Origin: Candidatus Altimarinota bacterium
GTDB taxonomy: Bacteria; Patescibacteriota; Gracilibacteria; UBA1369
DNA length: 32,000 nt
Assembly: GCA_041659405.1 (NCBI GenBank)
Contig: JBAZYK010000001.1
Location: forward strand, 1-32,000
Direction of reading: 5' to 3'
Shown here: piece after piece, positions 1-8,370 of the stretch
Layout: each line of letters starts with the position of its first letter
Position numbering within the stretch: position 1 is the stretch's first letter
Position numbers and translations under genes: made by a program
Notes under the pieces: model-generated
What the model was told of the DNA's origin: nothing
Database searches by the model: none
Seen by the model: only the letters and a program-made list of their open reading frames with translations

Positions 1-316
1 TGTGGAACATACTTTGGCTGGTCAGAGGCAGTACCGGGGCGATGGTGTTTGCGGAGGAAGTTTATGTGCGTAAATAACACAGGTATCCTCGTGCATCACC
101 AGATTGTAATTAAATTACCCGAAATTCGGGGTAAAGACAAATTTATGAGAAGTTCACTTTTAACAATCATAATGTCTGTTGTTTTTAAAATAATCTTCTG
201 ATAGAGTCGGGCCAGATGGTTAAATAGCCTTGTAAAAATGCATTTTTCCACAATTGCCATCGCAGGGGGACAAAATCCTGATGAGTTCATTAATCCGTTA
301 AGTACTCCGGTTTATC

Positions 317-862
317 ATGGACTTTTTTGAAACAATTAAAAAAAGGAGGACCATCAGAAATTATGAATGGAAAAAGATTCCATTTTCTTCCATAAAAAAA
401 ATAATCCTTGCAGGCGGGATGGCTCCATCCGCAATGAATAAACAGCCCTGGCGTATTGTTGTAATTGATGACCCGAAAGTTAAAGAATCTATCCGGAAAA
501 TATATGAAAATGCCAGAAAAGAATTAAATTATTATGAACAGGATACCTCATTTATTACAAACGGAACTTTGATACTTGTTTGTTCCGAATCGCATGATAA
601 AGCCATGGAATATTCGTGTGCCATGGCCGCGGAAAATATGTTATTGGCGGCAACGGCATTGGGTTTGGGAAGTGGGGTTTCCATTGCAATTTTTCAATCG
701 GAAAAAGGAGAAAAAGCGATGAGAAAACTTTTAAAAATTCCGGAGGCTTATTGTCCAATGTTGCTTTTAACAGTCGGGGCAGAGAAAAAAGGTGAGATTA
801 AGCATAAGCCAAAAGAGGTCAAATTAACAATTCACAAAAACAAATTTGGGAGAAATGGTTAA
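317..862 (+). CDS. Nitroreductase family protein (FMN-dependent)
   Basis: 181 aa; N-terminal 'ETIKKRRTIRNYEWKKIPFSSIKKIILAGGMAPSAMNKQPWRIVVIDD' (R-R-S/T-x-R-x-Y/F and APSaxNxQPW motifs) and 'AAENMLLAATALGLGSGV' are typical of nitroreductases. Confidence 0.93.
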   Translation: MDFFETIKKRRTIRNYEWKKIPFSSIKKIILAGGMAPSAMNKQPWRIVVIDDPKVKESIRKIYENARKELNYYEQDTSFITNGTLILVCSESHDKAMEYSCAMAAENMLLAATALGLGSGVSIAIFQSEKGEKAMRKLLKIPEAYCPMLLLTVGAEKKGEIKHKPKEVKLTIHKNKFGRNG

Positions 863-876
863 CTAAGATTTTCCGC

Positions 877-1320
877 TTAGACCTTTTCCAAATTCGAAAT
901 TTCTTCAAAAAAATTAAGTAGAAAAATTATTCCATAAATGATCCGTTCTTCACAAATATTATTGATTTGATCGGGCTTAAATCCTTCAGGCCTGATATTT
1001 CTACACAATAGGTTGCCATATTCATTTTCAAATTTTTTGGTAAGTTTATACGCCAGAATCTGGAGAGGATCTCTGGGTTGTTTTGAATCAGCCCGGCCAC
1101 ATAGTAGAGATAAAATCAGCAGACCTGCTTCCAAAATGCCACATTGTGCGCCTGCTCTACCGCCTCCATTCATGGCTGAGGAGATTTTTTTTGCCACTAT
1201 TGGTAATTTGATTTTCAAATTATTTGCGACTGTCCTGACGACAACTTCTCCGCAATTATAATCCTGTTTAAGCAGCTTTAGAGCATATTTCCTGATATTT
1301 TTTTCATTAATTTTATTCAT
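877..1320 (-). CDS. C_GCAxxG_C_C family putative redox-active protein
   Basis: 147 aa; conserved Cys pattern 'DYNCGEVV...GGGRAGAQCGILEAGLLILSLLCGR...LLCRNI...NNICEERI', as in the C_GCAxxG_C_C family. Confidence 0.75.
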   Translation of the reverse strand: MNKINEKNIRKYALKLLKQDYNCGEVVVRTVANNLKIKLPIVAKKISSAMNGGGRAGAQCGILEAGLLILSLLCGRADSKQPRDPLQILAYKLTKKFENEYGNLLCRNIRPEGFKPDQINNICEERIIYGIIFLLNFFEEISNLEKV

Positions 1321-1389
1321 GGGTGTGGTTAGAGTTCCCGCCCTATTCTACCACTATCTACTCCTGAATCAGAGCTGCAATCTACACCT

Positions 1390-1592
1390 ACCGTGCTATT
1401 GAAGTGTCATGGTCATGGAGTACAATGCAATCACAAATTGTGATCATAAATCAGAAAAATGACAAAAAAAATAGTTGCGATTGGTGGTGGAGAAATAGCC
1501 AAACATGAAACATTGGCGATTGATAAAAGAATCATAAAACTTACGGGGGAAAAGCACCCAAAAGTACTTTTTATACCAACCGCGAGCTCTGA
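1390..1592 (+). repeat. Direct repeat copy 1 (about 203 bp; leader plus first ~45 codons of a peptidase S51 gene)
   Basis: Aligned by eye to 2341-2543 at a constant offset of 951 bp, with about 9 mismatches and no gaps. Confidence 0.9.
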
Positions 1593-1872
1593 ATTAAGTC
1601 ACTTTGTTTATTCCGAGGGGGAAAAAGTGATTCTTGATTCTGCAATTGCAAACCGAGGCGTATTTGGCGGCAGGTTGGAAATTATTTATAGCGCAGATAA
1701 TGGAATTGTTCTTGCAGATAATTCATCTATTTACGTACTCGGAAGTAATGTTAATTTTACATGTCCTTTCGCCTTTCAAAATTTTGGTATCCTTGGAAGA
1801 GCAATCAACGTTGATAGAATGTTAAGTTCGAATGCAGTGGTGAAAAAAATGTTATGGAGAAGTCATTTTTAA
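1459..1872 (+). pseudogene. Chimeric ORF: N-terminal fragment of peptidase S51 (dipeptidase E/cyanophycinase-like) joined to unrelated sequence
   Basis: First ~45 aa 'MTKKIVAIGGGEIAKHETLAIDKRIIKLTGEKHPKVLFIPTASS' nearly match the full S51 ORF at 2410; the remaining ~90 aa show no S51 motifs (no GGGNT or G-x-S-A-G). Confidence 0.6.
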
Positions 1873-2330
1873 AACTAATAGACGGTTCCTTTAGCCGAAC
1901 TGTTTTACCTTCATTAATAACAATAGAAATAGTCAAAAATAAAATTCAACTAAAACATTATTGTTTGCTCAAAGCGAAATTTTTGTTTGAGGAGGGAGGT
2001 AGTAAAGTTAATGAAAATAAACTGTATTCTGGCTTGCAATCTTCGTATTCAAGCGTCATTCCAGCGATAATGTATTTTGAAAATATTCCAATTGGCATCG
2101 TAAATTCAAATTTTAATAGTGAAAAAAGTGCCATGATAAATATGTTGTTCATTGACAATACCTTCAGATCGAACGGTTATGGGAAATTGCTTCTGGCTTG
2201 GTATATCGCAGAACTGCAAAAAATATCGGTAGATATATATCTTTTTTTCTCACCCTCCAATATTCCAGCTCAAAGACTATACAGTCGTCTCGGATTTAAA
2301 AAAATCGAAGAATGGAAGATGGTTGTGTAA
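1854..2330 (+). CDS. GNAT family N-acetyltransferase (putative)
   Basis: 158 aa; C-terminal half 'INMLFIDNTFRSNGYGKLLLAWYIAELQKISVDIYLFFSPSNIPAQRLYSRLGFKKIEEWKMV' has the R/Q-x-x-G-x-G/A acetyl-CoA-binding pattern and the N..A..LY..LGF motif. Confidence 0.82.
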   Translation: MEKSFLKLIDGSFSRTVLPSLITIEIVKNKIQLKHYCLLKAKFLFEEGGSKVNENKLYSGLQSSYSSVIPAIMYFENIPIGIVNSNFNSEKSAMINMLFIDNTFRSNGYGKLLLAWYIAELQKISVDIYLFFSPSNIPAQRLYSRLGFKKIEEWKMVV

Positions 2331-2340
2331 TGGTGCCACT

Positions 2341-2543
2341 ACCGTGCTATTGAAGTGTCATGGTCATAGGGTACAATGCAATCACAAATTGTGATCATAA
2401 ATCAGAAAAATGACAAAAAAAATAGTTGCGATTGGTGGTGGAGAAATAAGCAAACATGAGACATTGAAGATTGATAAAAGAATCATAAAACTTACGGGGA
2501 AAAAGCGCCCAAAAGTACTTTTTATACCAACCGCGAGCTCTGA
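2341..2543 (+). repeat. Direct repeat copy 2 (leader plus 5' end of the intact peptidase S51 gene)
   Basis: About 95% identical by eye to 1390-1592. Confidence 0.9.
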
Positions 2544-3162
2544 TGACGAATCGTATTGTCAGAAAGTTTTTAAATATTATGGGAAAGAACTGGGCTGCAA
2601 GGTATCTGTCTTGTGTCTATGTTCCGACATAGTCTCAAAAAAAGAAATCAGAAACCGCATTCTGGGAGCAGACATTATTTACGTTGGCGGAGGAAATACC
2701 TTAAAAATGATGAAAATTTGGCGCAAACTTGGCGTTGATAAGCTCCTTAAAAAGGCCTGGGAAAACGGGATCGTGTTATGTGGGATTAGTGCTGGCGCTA
2801 TATGCTGGTTCGAGAGTGGACACAGCGATTCCATGTCATTCTACAATCCAAAAAAATGGAAATATATTAACGTTCGTGGCCTTGGCTTCCTAAAAGGTAC
2901 CATGTGTCCGCATTATAATGACGGAACCAATGGTGTCCCACGAGAGAAAAAATTCAAAGAAATGATCAAGAAAAATGGAGGCATGGGTATAGCCATTGAT
3001 GAAGGTTGCGCGATAGAATTTACCGATAATTCATATAAAATTATAAGTAATAAGGCTGGTTCTGGTGCTTACAGAGTTTTTAGAAAAACCGGGAAGGTGG
3101 TTTCGGAACAAATGGAGGATTGTGATCCCTACAGTCCTTTAGCTATCACGTCAAGAGAATGA
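2410..3162 (+). CDS. Peptidase S51 family protein (dipeptidase E / cyanophycinase-like)
   Basis: 250 aa; 'DIIYVGGGNTLKMMKIWRKLGVD' and nucleophile motif 'VLCGISAGAICWFESG'. Confidence 0.9.
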   Translation: MTKKIVAIGGGEISKHETLKIDKRIIKLTGKKRPKVLFIPTASSDDESYCQKVFKYYGKELGCKVSVLCLCSDIVSKKEIRNRILGADIIYVGGGNTLKMMKIWRKLGVDKLLKKAWENGIVLCGISAGAICWFESGHSDSMSFYNPKKWKYINVRGLGFLKGTMCPHYNDGTNGVPREKKFKEMIKKNGGMGIAIDEGCAIEFTDNSYKIISNKAGSGAYRVFRKTGKVVSEQMEDCDPYSPLAITSRE

Positions 3163-3872
3163 CAGATACGCAAAACTATCCCCTTTTTTGTCTGATTTTT
3201 CGTAAATGATTCGAGAAAACGATTTTTTTGACTTTGATATAATGATTTTGATTTATCCTGGAAGAAAAATTCGAGTGCGCCATACATTTCTTCGGGATCT
3301 TTTGCGGTTATATGGGTCTCGAAAATATTTTTTTTATATGCATATTTTTTCTCATCCAGGAATTCATACCAATAATCTTTAAGTTCGTCATTGCTTTTGC
3401 TGATTGGCTGATGTGCAGTCCAAATATTAAAATCGACATAGATGTTGTCGTACGGCGTGTCATTGATCGTATCGATCACAAAAATCTTGCCTCCCGTGTT
3501 CAATAAGCCAAAAAGATGATCCATAAGTGCTTCCCATCGCTCCATGGGGATCTCCCAAAAAACGTATGCGGCAATAATCAGATCAAACTTTTGCTCCTGT
3601 TTAAAAGCAAAAACATCTGTCTTAATAAATGTTACAGGATTTTTAGAATTAGGGGACGCAACAAAAGAATTCTTAAGATCGATTGCGGTTACTTTATGGC
3701 CCAGGTCAGCCATAGCATTACTAATCAAACCCGTTCCGCATCCAACATCTAAAATACGGGATGGGACAGGAAAATTTGTTGACTGCTGTACTATTTTTTT
3801 AGCAACGACCTGCTTCTCATCACTATGATTTATGTACCGCTGCAAAAGTTCCTGGTATTGGGTGATGTTCAT
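3129..3872 (-). CDS. Class I SAM-dependent methyltransferase
   Basis: 247 aa; motif I 'ILDVGCGTGLISNAMADLGHKVTAIDLK' and 'FDLIIAAYVFWEIP'. Its 3' end overlaps the convergent S51 ORF by 34 bp. Confidence 0.88.
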   Translation of the reverse strand: MNITQYQELLQRYINHSDEKQVVAKKIVQQSTNFPVPSRILDVGCGTGLISNAMADLGHKVTAIDLKNSFVASPNSKNPVTFIKTDVFAFKQEQKFDLIIAAYVFWEIPMERWEALMDHLFGLLNTGGKIFVIDTINDTPYDNIYVDFNIWTAHQPISKSNDELKDYWYEFLDEKKYAYKKNIFETHITAKDPEEMYGALEFFFQDKSKSLYQSQKNRFLESFTKNQTKKGIVLRICHSLDVIAKGL

Positions 3873-4022
3873 GTAATAACATTAATCCTGTATGGACAAA
3901 AATAAAATAAAAAAAAGCATTATTAGAAGCTCCTTTGGATCACTACACCACCTAGTAACCGAAAGTTGTTTTTTACTGTCTGAAAGCTGATAATTAGCAG
4001 GTAATCTCTTAATTATTTTCAC

Positions 4023-4409
4023 ATGCCGGTTATCAAAATTGATTTTATTGAAGGGCAGATTAATGGCGAGCAGAAGGGCGAATTGATTGAAAAGATCACG
4101 AAAAGCGTTTGTGAAATTGCCAAATGTTCGCAAGAAGTTGTGACGATTATTATTAATGACGTGGCTAAAGGCAATTGGGGATCTGTTGGGAAACAAACTG
4201 AAAAACCTTTGTATCATCCGATTGTAAGTATCGATATGCTTGATGGAAAAACCGCCGAGCAAAAACGCGCTTTGATTGAAGCAATTACGAATGATCTTTG
4301 CGAAATTTCTCGATGTGATCGCAAGGGAGTGGTTATTATTTTCCACGATATTTCGCGGGATGACTGGGGCTCCGGTGGCTTACCCAAGAGCGCAACCGTG
4401 CAAAAATAG
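4023..4409 (+). CDS. Tandem (fused) 4-oxalocrotonate tautomerase-like protein
   Basis: 128 aa; two similar halves, 'MPVIKIDFIEGQINGEQKGELIEKITKSVCEIAKCSQEVVTIIINDVAKGNWGSVGK' and 'PIVSIDMLDGKTAEQKRALIEAITNDLCEISRCDRKGVVIIFHDISRDDWGSGG'; Pro directly after the initiator Met in half 1. Confidence 0.82.
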   Translation: MPVIKIDFIEGQINGEQKGELIEKITKSVCEIAKCSQEVVTIIINDVAKGNWGSVGKQTEKPLYHPIVSIDMLDGKTAEQKRALIEAITNDLCEISRCDRKGVVIIFHDISRDDWGSGGLPKSATVQK

Positions 4410-4466
4410 GCTGGGCGAATACAGATCCAGCTTGTCGATTTTCACCTTTATGGTTACAATTGACGC

Positions 4467-5177
4467 ATGCAAAAACAAAATAAAACCAAAAGTGACTCTA
4501 TGCCGATCGGGCGAAAAAAGATTTCGGCTTTTACCCTGGTGGAAATTATGATTGTTCTGGCAATCACCATGTTTTTGCTGACGATTGCTCTGCAGTCTGC
4601 CTGGGGATCAAGCGCTCAACTTAATTTTATTAATTCAACTAATAAGGTTATTGATATGATCCGTGAGGCGCGCAGTCTGGCGCTCGCGGGAAAGACGCAG
4701 TTGGATTATACGAATTTTCTGGGCACAGATTGCCCCACCTGTCTCATCACTCCGGCTGGATACGGAGTTGCTTTCGAGCATTATTCTGACCCTACAATAC
4801 CTGATCAAGCCATCTTATTTGTCGATAATCATAGTCTCTTTGGGGGTGAAGGAACTTATGTTGAGGACAATTTGGCAAATTATAATGCAGGAACAGACAT
4901 CGTCTTGGAAAAATTCGTTTTACCAAAAGGGATTTTCTTTAATGGGAATGGTATTTTAGCCTTTGGACAAAATGATTCTAAAAGATCAACTATCATCTAT
5001 ACTGCTGTTTTTGCAGATGTTATTTTCGATCCACCAACGATTGTTCCTTCACTATCCAATCTTCTCACCTTTGGCTTAACACAGAGTGGATCTGTCCCCC
5101 GCAGCGCCTGTTTTCAAATCCATAAAGTTTCCGGACTTCCTACTCCAACAGATAACGCTACTTGCTCCTCTACTTAA
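4467..5177 (+). CDS. Prepilin-type N-terminal cleavage/methylation protein (GspH/FimT-like pseudopilin)
   Basis: 236 aa; 'KKISAFTLVEIMIVLAITMFLLTIALQSAW' with Glu+5; the start may be 4501 (MPIGRKK...). Confidence 0.85.
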   Translation: MQKQNKTKSDSMPIGRKKISAFTLVEIMIVLAITMFLLTIALQSAWGSSAQLNFINSTNKVIDMIREARSLALAGKTQLDYTNFLGTDCPTCLITPAGYGVAFEHYSDPTIPDQAILFVDNHSLFGGEGTYVEDNLANYNAGTDIVLEKFVLPKGIFFNGNGILAFGQNDSKRSTIIYTAVFADVIFDPPTIVPSLSNLLTFGLTQSGSVPRSACFQIHKVSGLPTPTDNATCSST

Positions 5178-5797
5178 TGAAAAAATTTCGTTTCACAAAA
5201 AGGCCGGCAGAATCTTTGATTGAAGTTGTTATTGCAATCTTTGTGGTATCTCTTGCTGCGGGAACTGCATCAACCCTGATCGTGAGCGCCCTGCAATCAA
5301 ACAGTTTTAGCCGCGACAACCTGATTGCGCTTAATCTTGCGGATGAAGGCCTTGAAGCAATGCGCGATATTCGTGATATCAATTGGTTAAAATTCAGTTT
5401 CGATAGTAAAAGCTGTTGGGATATTATGTCGAACGAAACGACCTGCAATTTAAACAACCATATTACTGATGGGCTTTATTCGGTTCATTTAAATCAAGAT
5501 TATGCTTGGCAGCTTGATATATTAAATCAATCTACCCCGCTTCCGCTCAATATCATTTCGAGTGGGAGTAACCCACCAATCAAAATTTATAGTTCTGATT
5601 TGCTGCTCAATGAAAATCCTGCGATTTTTTCGAAATTTGATACGACTAATCCTTTTTACGGTCGATTTTCACGGGTAATTCAAATCACACATTTAGGCCC
5701 CAATAAAATGCAGGTTACTTCAAATGTTCAGTGGACTGCACAGGGGGTAATACATACCGTAAGTCATTCTTCTTTTCTCACTAATTATCAAATGTAA
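5162..5797 (+). CDS. Type IV pilus minor pilin, PilV-like
   Basis: 211 aa; 'KRPAESLIEVVIAIFVVSLAAGTASTLI', 'ALNLADEGLEAMRDIRD' typical of PilV-like proteins; the start may be 5177. Confidence 0.82.
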   Translation: MLLYLMKKFRFTKRPAESLIEVVIAIFVVSLAAGTASTLIVSALQSNSFSRDNLIALNLADEGLEAMRDIRDINWLKFSFDSKSCWDIMSNETTCNLNNHITDGLYSVHLNQDYAWQLDILNQSTPLPLNIISSGSNPPIKIYSSDLLLNENPAIFSKFDTTNPFYGRFSRVIQITHLGPNKMQVTSNVQWTAQGVIHTVSHSSFLTNYQM

Positions 5798-6855
5798 TGA
5801 TTAAAGCTTTTCTAAAAATCAGGCAGAAAATCGCTCAAAAAAAAGGTTTTACTTTGGTTGAGGTTTTGTTGGCCAGTTTTATTTTTACAATTGTTGGATT
5901 GATTGCGGTGACTATTTTTGTGAATGTTTTGCGCATTCAGAAGCGCATTTCTTTGGAAAATTCTTTATATGAAGATGCCCGTTTTATGATGGAGCGCATC
6001 AGTCGTGAAATTCGTGCGAATGCCGTTGATTACGAAGAATATTACAATAAATTGGTGGCTACTGATAAGACTTATGGTGAAACTTATGGTTGTTATGCTA
6101 ATAGGTTTTATCAGCCGGGGGATAAGGGGAATGGTAATTTTAAATATGGCAGTCCGATTTGCAGCAATCCTCCAGCTGAACTTGGAAAACCTGACTGTAT
6201 TATTGACCAAGATTCACAAGACACTCCAACTGGCCAAAATCCTTATGCGGGTCTTCAAAAAGCTGCAGATTCCGCCAATGCTTTTTGTGATGAGAATTTA
6301 CAGTCACCGGTTGCTTGCAATTCAACTTTAAATTCACAACCGCAACTTTATCTGATCAATCCACAAGGAACAGAGAAAACAATTTTAGCGTTAAAAACAA
6401 TTACATTGGCTGATGGTAGTCCAATAAACGCGCTTTCGCTTTTACGTTTAGCCGGAAAAGATACCAATAATGATGGCATTGATGATGATTGGGCTTCCTG
6501 CTCGAGTGATTTTAATTGTCCTCAAGGTACAGCACTAGAAGACACATTAACTGCAAATATATCTGCGCCTTATATTGGCTTTGTGCCGATTAGTCCTTTG
6601 CGTTCCGACATTACTTCGCTGGAATTTATTGTAGCGCCGCTGGAGGATCCACGAAAGGCCTATGCGGAAACCACTCCTGATGTTCAACAGCAGCCGCATG
6701 TAACCGTTTTGCTGACTGTTAAACCTTCAACAACCGAGACGCAAAATTACAGTGGCGATATTCCTTCCATCACACTGCAAAGTACCGTCACCAGCCGCGT
6801 TTATAACGAGGTTAAGAGCTTTTATGGGAGGAATGATGGTGTTTGTCCGTCTTAA
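5797..6855 (+). CDS. Type IV pilus minor pilin, PilW-like
   Basis: 352 aa; 'QKKGFTLVEVLLASFIFTIVGLIAVTIFVNVLRIQKR...DARFMMERISREIRANAVDY'. Confidence 0.85.
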   Translation: MIKAFLKIRQKIAQKKGFTLVEVLLASFIFTIVGLIAVTIFVNVLRIQKRISLENSLYEDARFMMERISREIRANAVDYEEYYNKLVATDKTYGETYGCYANRFYQPGDKGNGNFKYGSPICSNPPAELGKPDCIIDQDSQDTPTGQNPYAGLQKAADSANAFCDENLQSPVACNSTLNSQPQLYLINPQGTEKTILALKTITLADGSPINALSLLRLAGKDTNNDGIDDDWASCSSDFNCPQGTALEDTLTANISAPYIGFVPISPLRSDITSLEFIVAPLEDPRKAYAETTPDVQQQPHVTVLLTVKPSTTETQNYSGDIPSITLQSTVTSRVYNEVKSFYGRNDGVCPS

Positions 6856-6866
6856 TTAGTACGCTA

Positions 6867-6884
6867 GGTGAGCATATACTCACC
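6867..6884. promoter_or_regulatory. Inverted repeat GGTGAG-catata-CTCACC upstream of the HNH gene
   Basis: Perfect 6-bp arms around a 6-nt spacer; no terminal T-run. Confidence 0.4.
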
Positions 6885-6985
6885 CATAAAACATTCCACA
6901 TTTTCGTCATCAGAATTTGCAGATTTGATGTGGATTTTTTGGCGTAGGAGAGAGAAAATCTGGATACAAACTCACATGGAATTCC

Positions 6986-8278
6986 ATGGATTTTATTCAA
7001 GATTTAACCAAAAAAATTATGCAAACAAATCTTCAAAAAACGGCACTGAAAACGGAAGTAGATTTTCTAAAGATTTCTGCGGGCGAAATCAAACCAGCAC
7101 AAAAAATAACGGTTCAGGAAAAATTTCTGCATGAAAAATTTGTGACCTTTGGGAAAAACGCCAAAGAGTGGACACGCAAATGCATTCTCCTTTTGCTCGA
7201 AATCGAAAAACACGAAATCTGGAAAAAGAAAAACTTTTCCTGCATTAACGAATATGCGGCAAAACTGGCTGGCATGAGCCATGATCTCGTGAATGATTCT
7301 TTAAGAGTACTTCATTTCATTGAAGATAAACCGGCACTTATGAAAGTTGTAGAAATGAAGGGCATCAACGCGGTACGAGCGGTTATCACGATTGCCACAA
7401 AAGAAACTGCTGAATTTTGGGCCGAAAAAGCCATGACCATGAGCAAACATACCCTGGAAGTTTATGTGCGAGAATTTCGTGCGCGCATGCAGGTTGAAGC
7501 TGATAAAAATCTTCAGGGAAAGTCAGACATTAGTGAAGCGGAAATCGGTGCAAAAAATGACGCTGAAAATTGGGAGAAATTCCGTCCCGGGACGGCGGAA
7601 ATGGTTAAAAATCAGCAGCTGCAAGCCAAATTAAATTTTGGCGAAATTAAGATCATGGCTGAAATAGATTTTGGTCAATTGCCAAAAACCGACAATGCGG
7701 ATAGTTCCAATTCCGAACGCAATATGGAATCAAGTATTTTAGAAAATTTGCGCAACAATCTAAAGCTTGAAAATCCTAGAGATGAAGATCAAACAACTCC
7801 AAAAAAACTCGTCGCAATGCAGCTTGATCCGCAAATCTTGGCTCAACTGGAAAAATTAAAAGGCGAAAATGGCGATTGGAATGATCTGATGAAACAACTT
7901 TTGCAGATGCGCGAAGATCATCTTGAAGAGCAAAAACCGGAATCTGTGAAGACTGACTCGCGGCATATTCCGGCCAAAATTGACCGCTATGTTACTTCAA
8001 GAACCAATGGCCAGTGCGCATTCCCGGGCTGCAATAAAAAACTCAACATTAAACACCACACGCAAAGATTCGCGCTCGAAAAAATTCACGACTCTGATCG
8101 GCTTTATGGCTTATGCAAGGCACACGAACGGATTGCGCATTTGGGGTTAATCGAGAATGAAGATTTGTCGCCAAAGTTGTGGAAAGTGCGGGCGGGCGCG
8201 GATACAACCAGCGAAATTGGCAAGGCAAAGTATGCGATTGATCAGGTTGTGCAGAAGTTTAGGGCTTCGCCCGCGTGA
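6986..8278 (+). CDS. HNH endonuclease domain protein
   Basis: 430 aa; C-terminal 'IPAKIDRYVTSRTNGQCAFPGCNKKLNIKHHTQRFALEKIHDSDRLYGLCKAHERIAHLGLI', i.e. zinc-finger-type HNH (C-x-x-x-x-C..HH..C-x-x-H). Confidence 0.85.
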   Translation: MDFIQDLTKKIMQTNLQKTALKTEVDFLKISAGEIKPAQKITVQEKFLHEKFVTFGKNAKEWTRKCILLLLEIEKHEIWKKKNFSCINEYAAKLAGMSHDLVNDSLRVLHFIEDKPALMKVVEMKGINAVRAVITIATKETAEFWAEKAMTMSKHTLEVYVREFRARMQVEADKNLQGKSDISEAEIGAKNDAENWEKFRPGTAEMVKNQQLQAKLNFGEIKIMAEIDFGQLPKTDNADSSNSERNMESSILENLRNNLKLENPRDEDQTTPKKLVAMQLDPQILAQLEKLKGENGDWNDLMKQLLQMREDHLEEQKPESVKTDSRHIPAKIDRYVTSRTNGQCAFPGCNKKLNIKHHTQRFALEKIHDSDRLYGLCKAHERIAHLGLIENEDLSPKLWKVRAGADTTSEIGKAKYAIDQVVQKFRASPA

Positions 8279-8370
8279 TTAGAAAGTGCAACGAGAACTC
8301 TCCCGCGTGATCAGCAGGTGTGAAAATTCAGAGCGTCACCCGCGTAGAGAAAAACTTGCGAATGATCGTT

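Noticed and set aside
96-290. 64-aa minus-strand ORF before the nitroreductase
   Set aside because: Low-complexity composition, no motif, and the window edge truncates context; not supportable as a gene.
3882-4346. 154-aa ORF on the minus strand
   Set aside because: Almost entirely antisense to the clear tandem tautomerase ORF; composition looks like a shadow ORF and no family motif is present.
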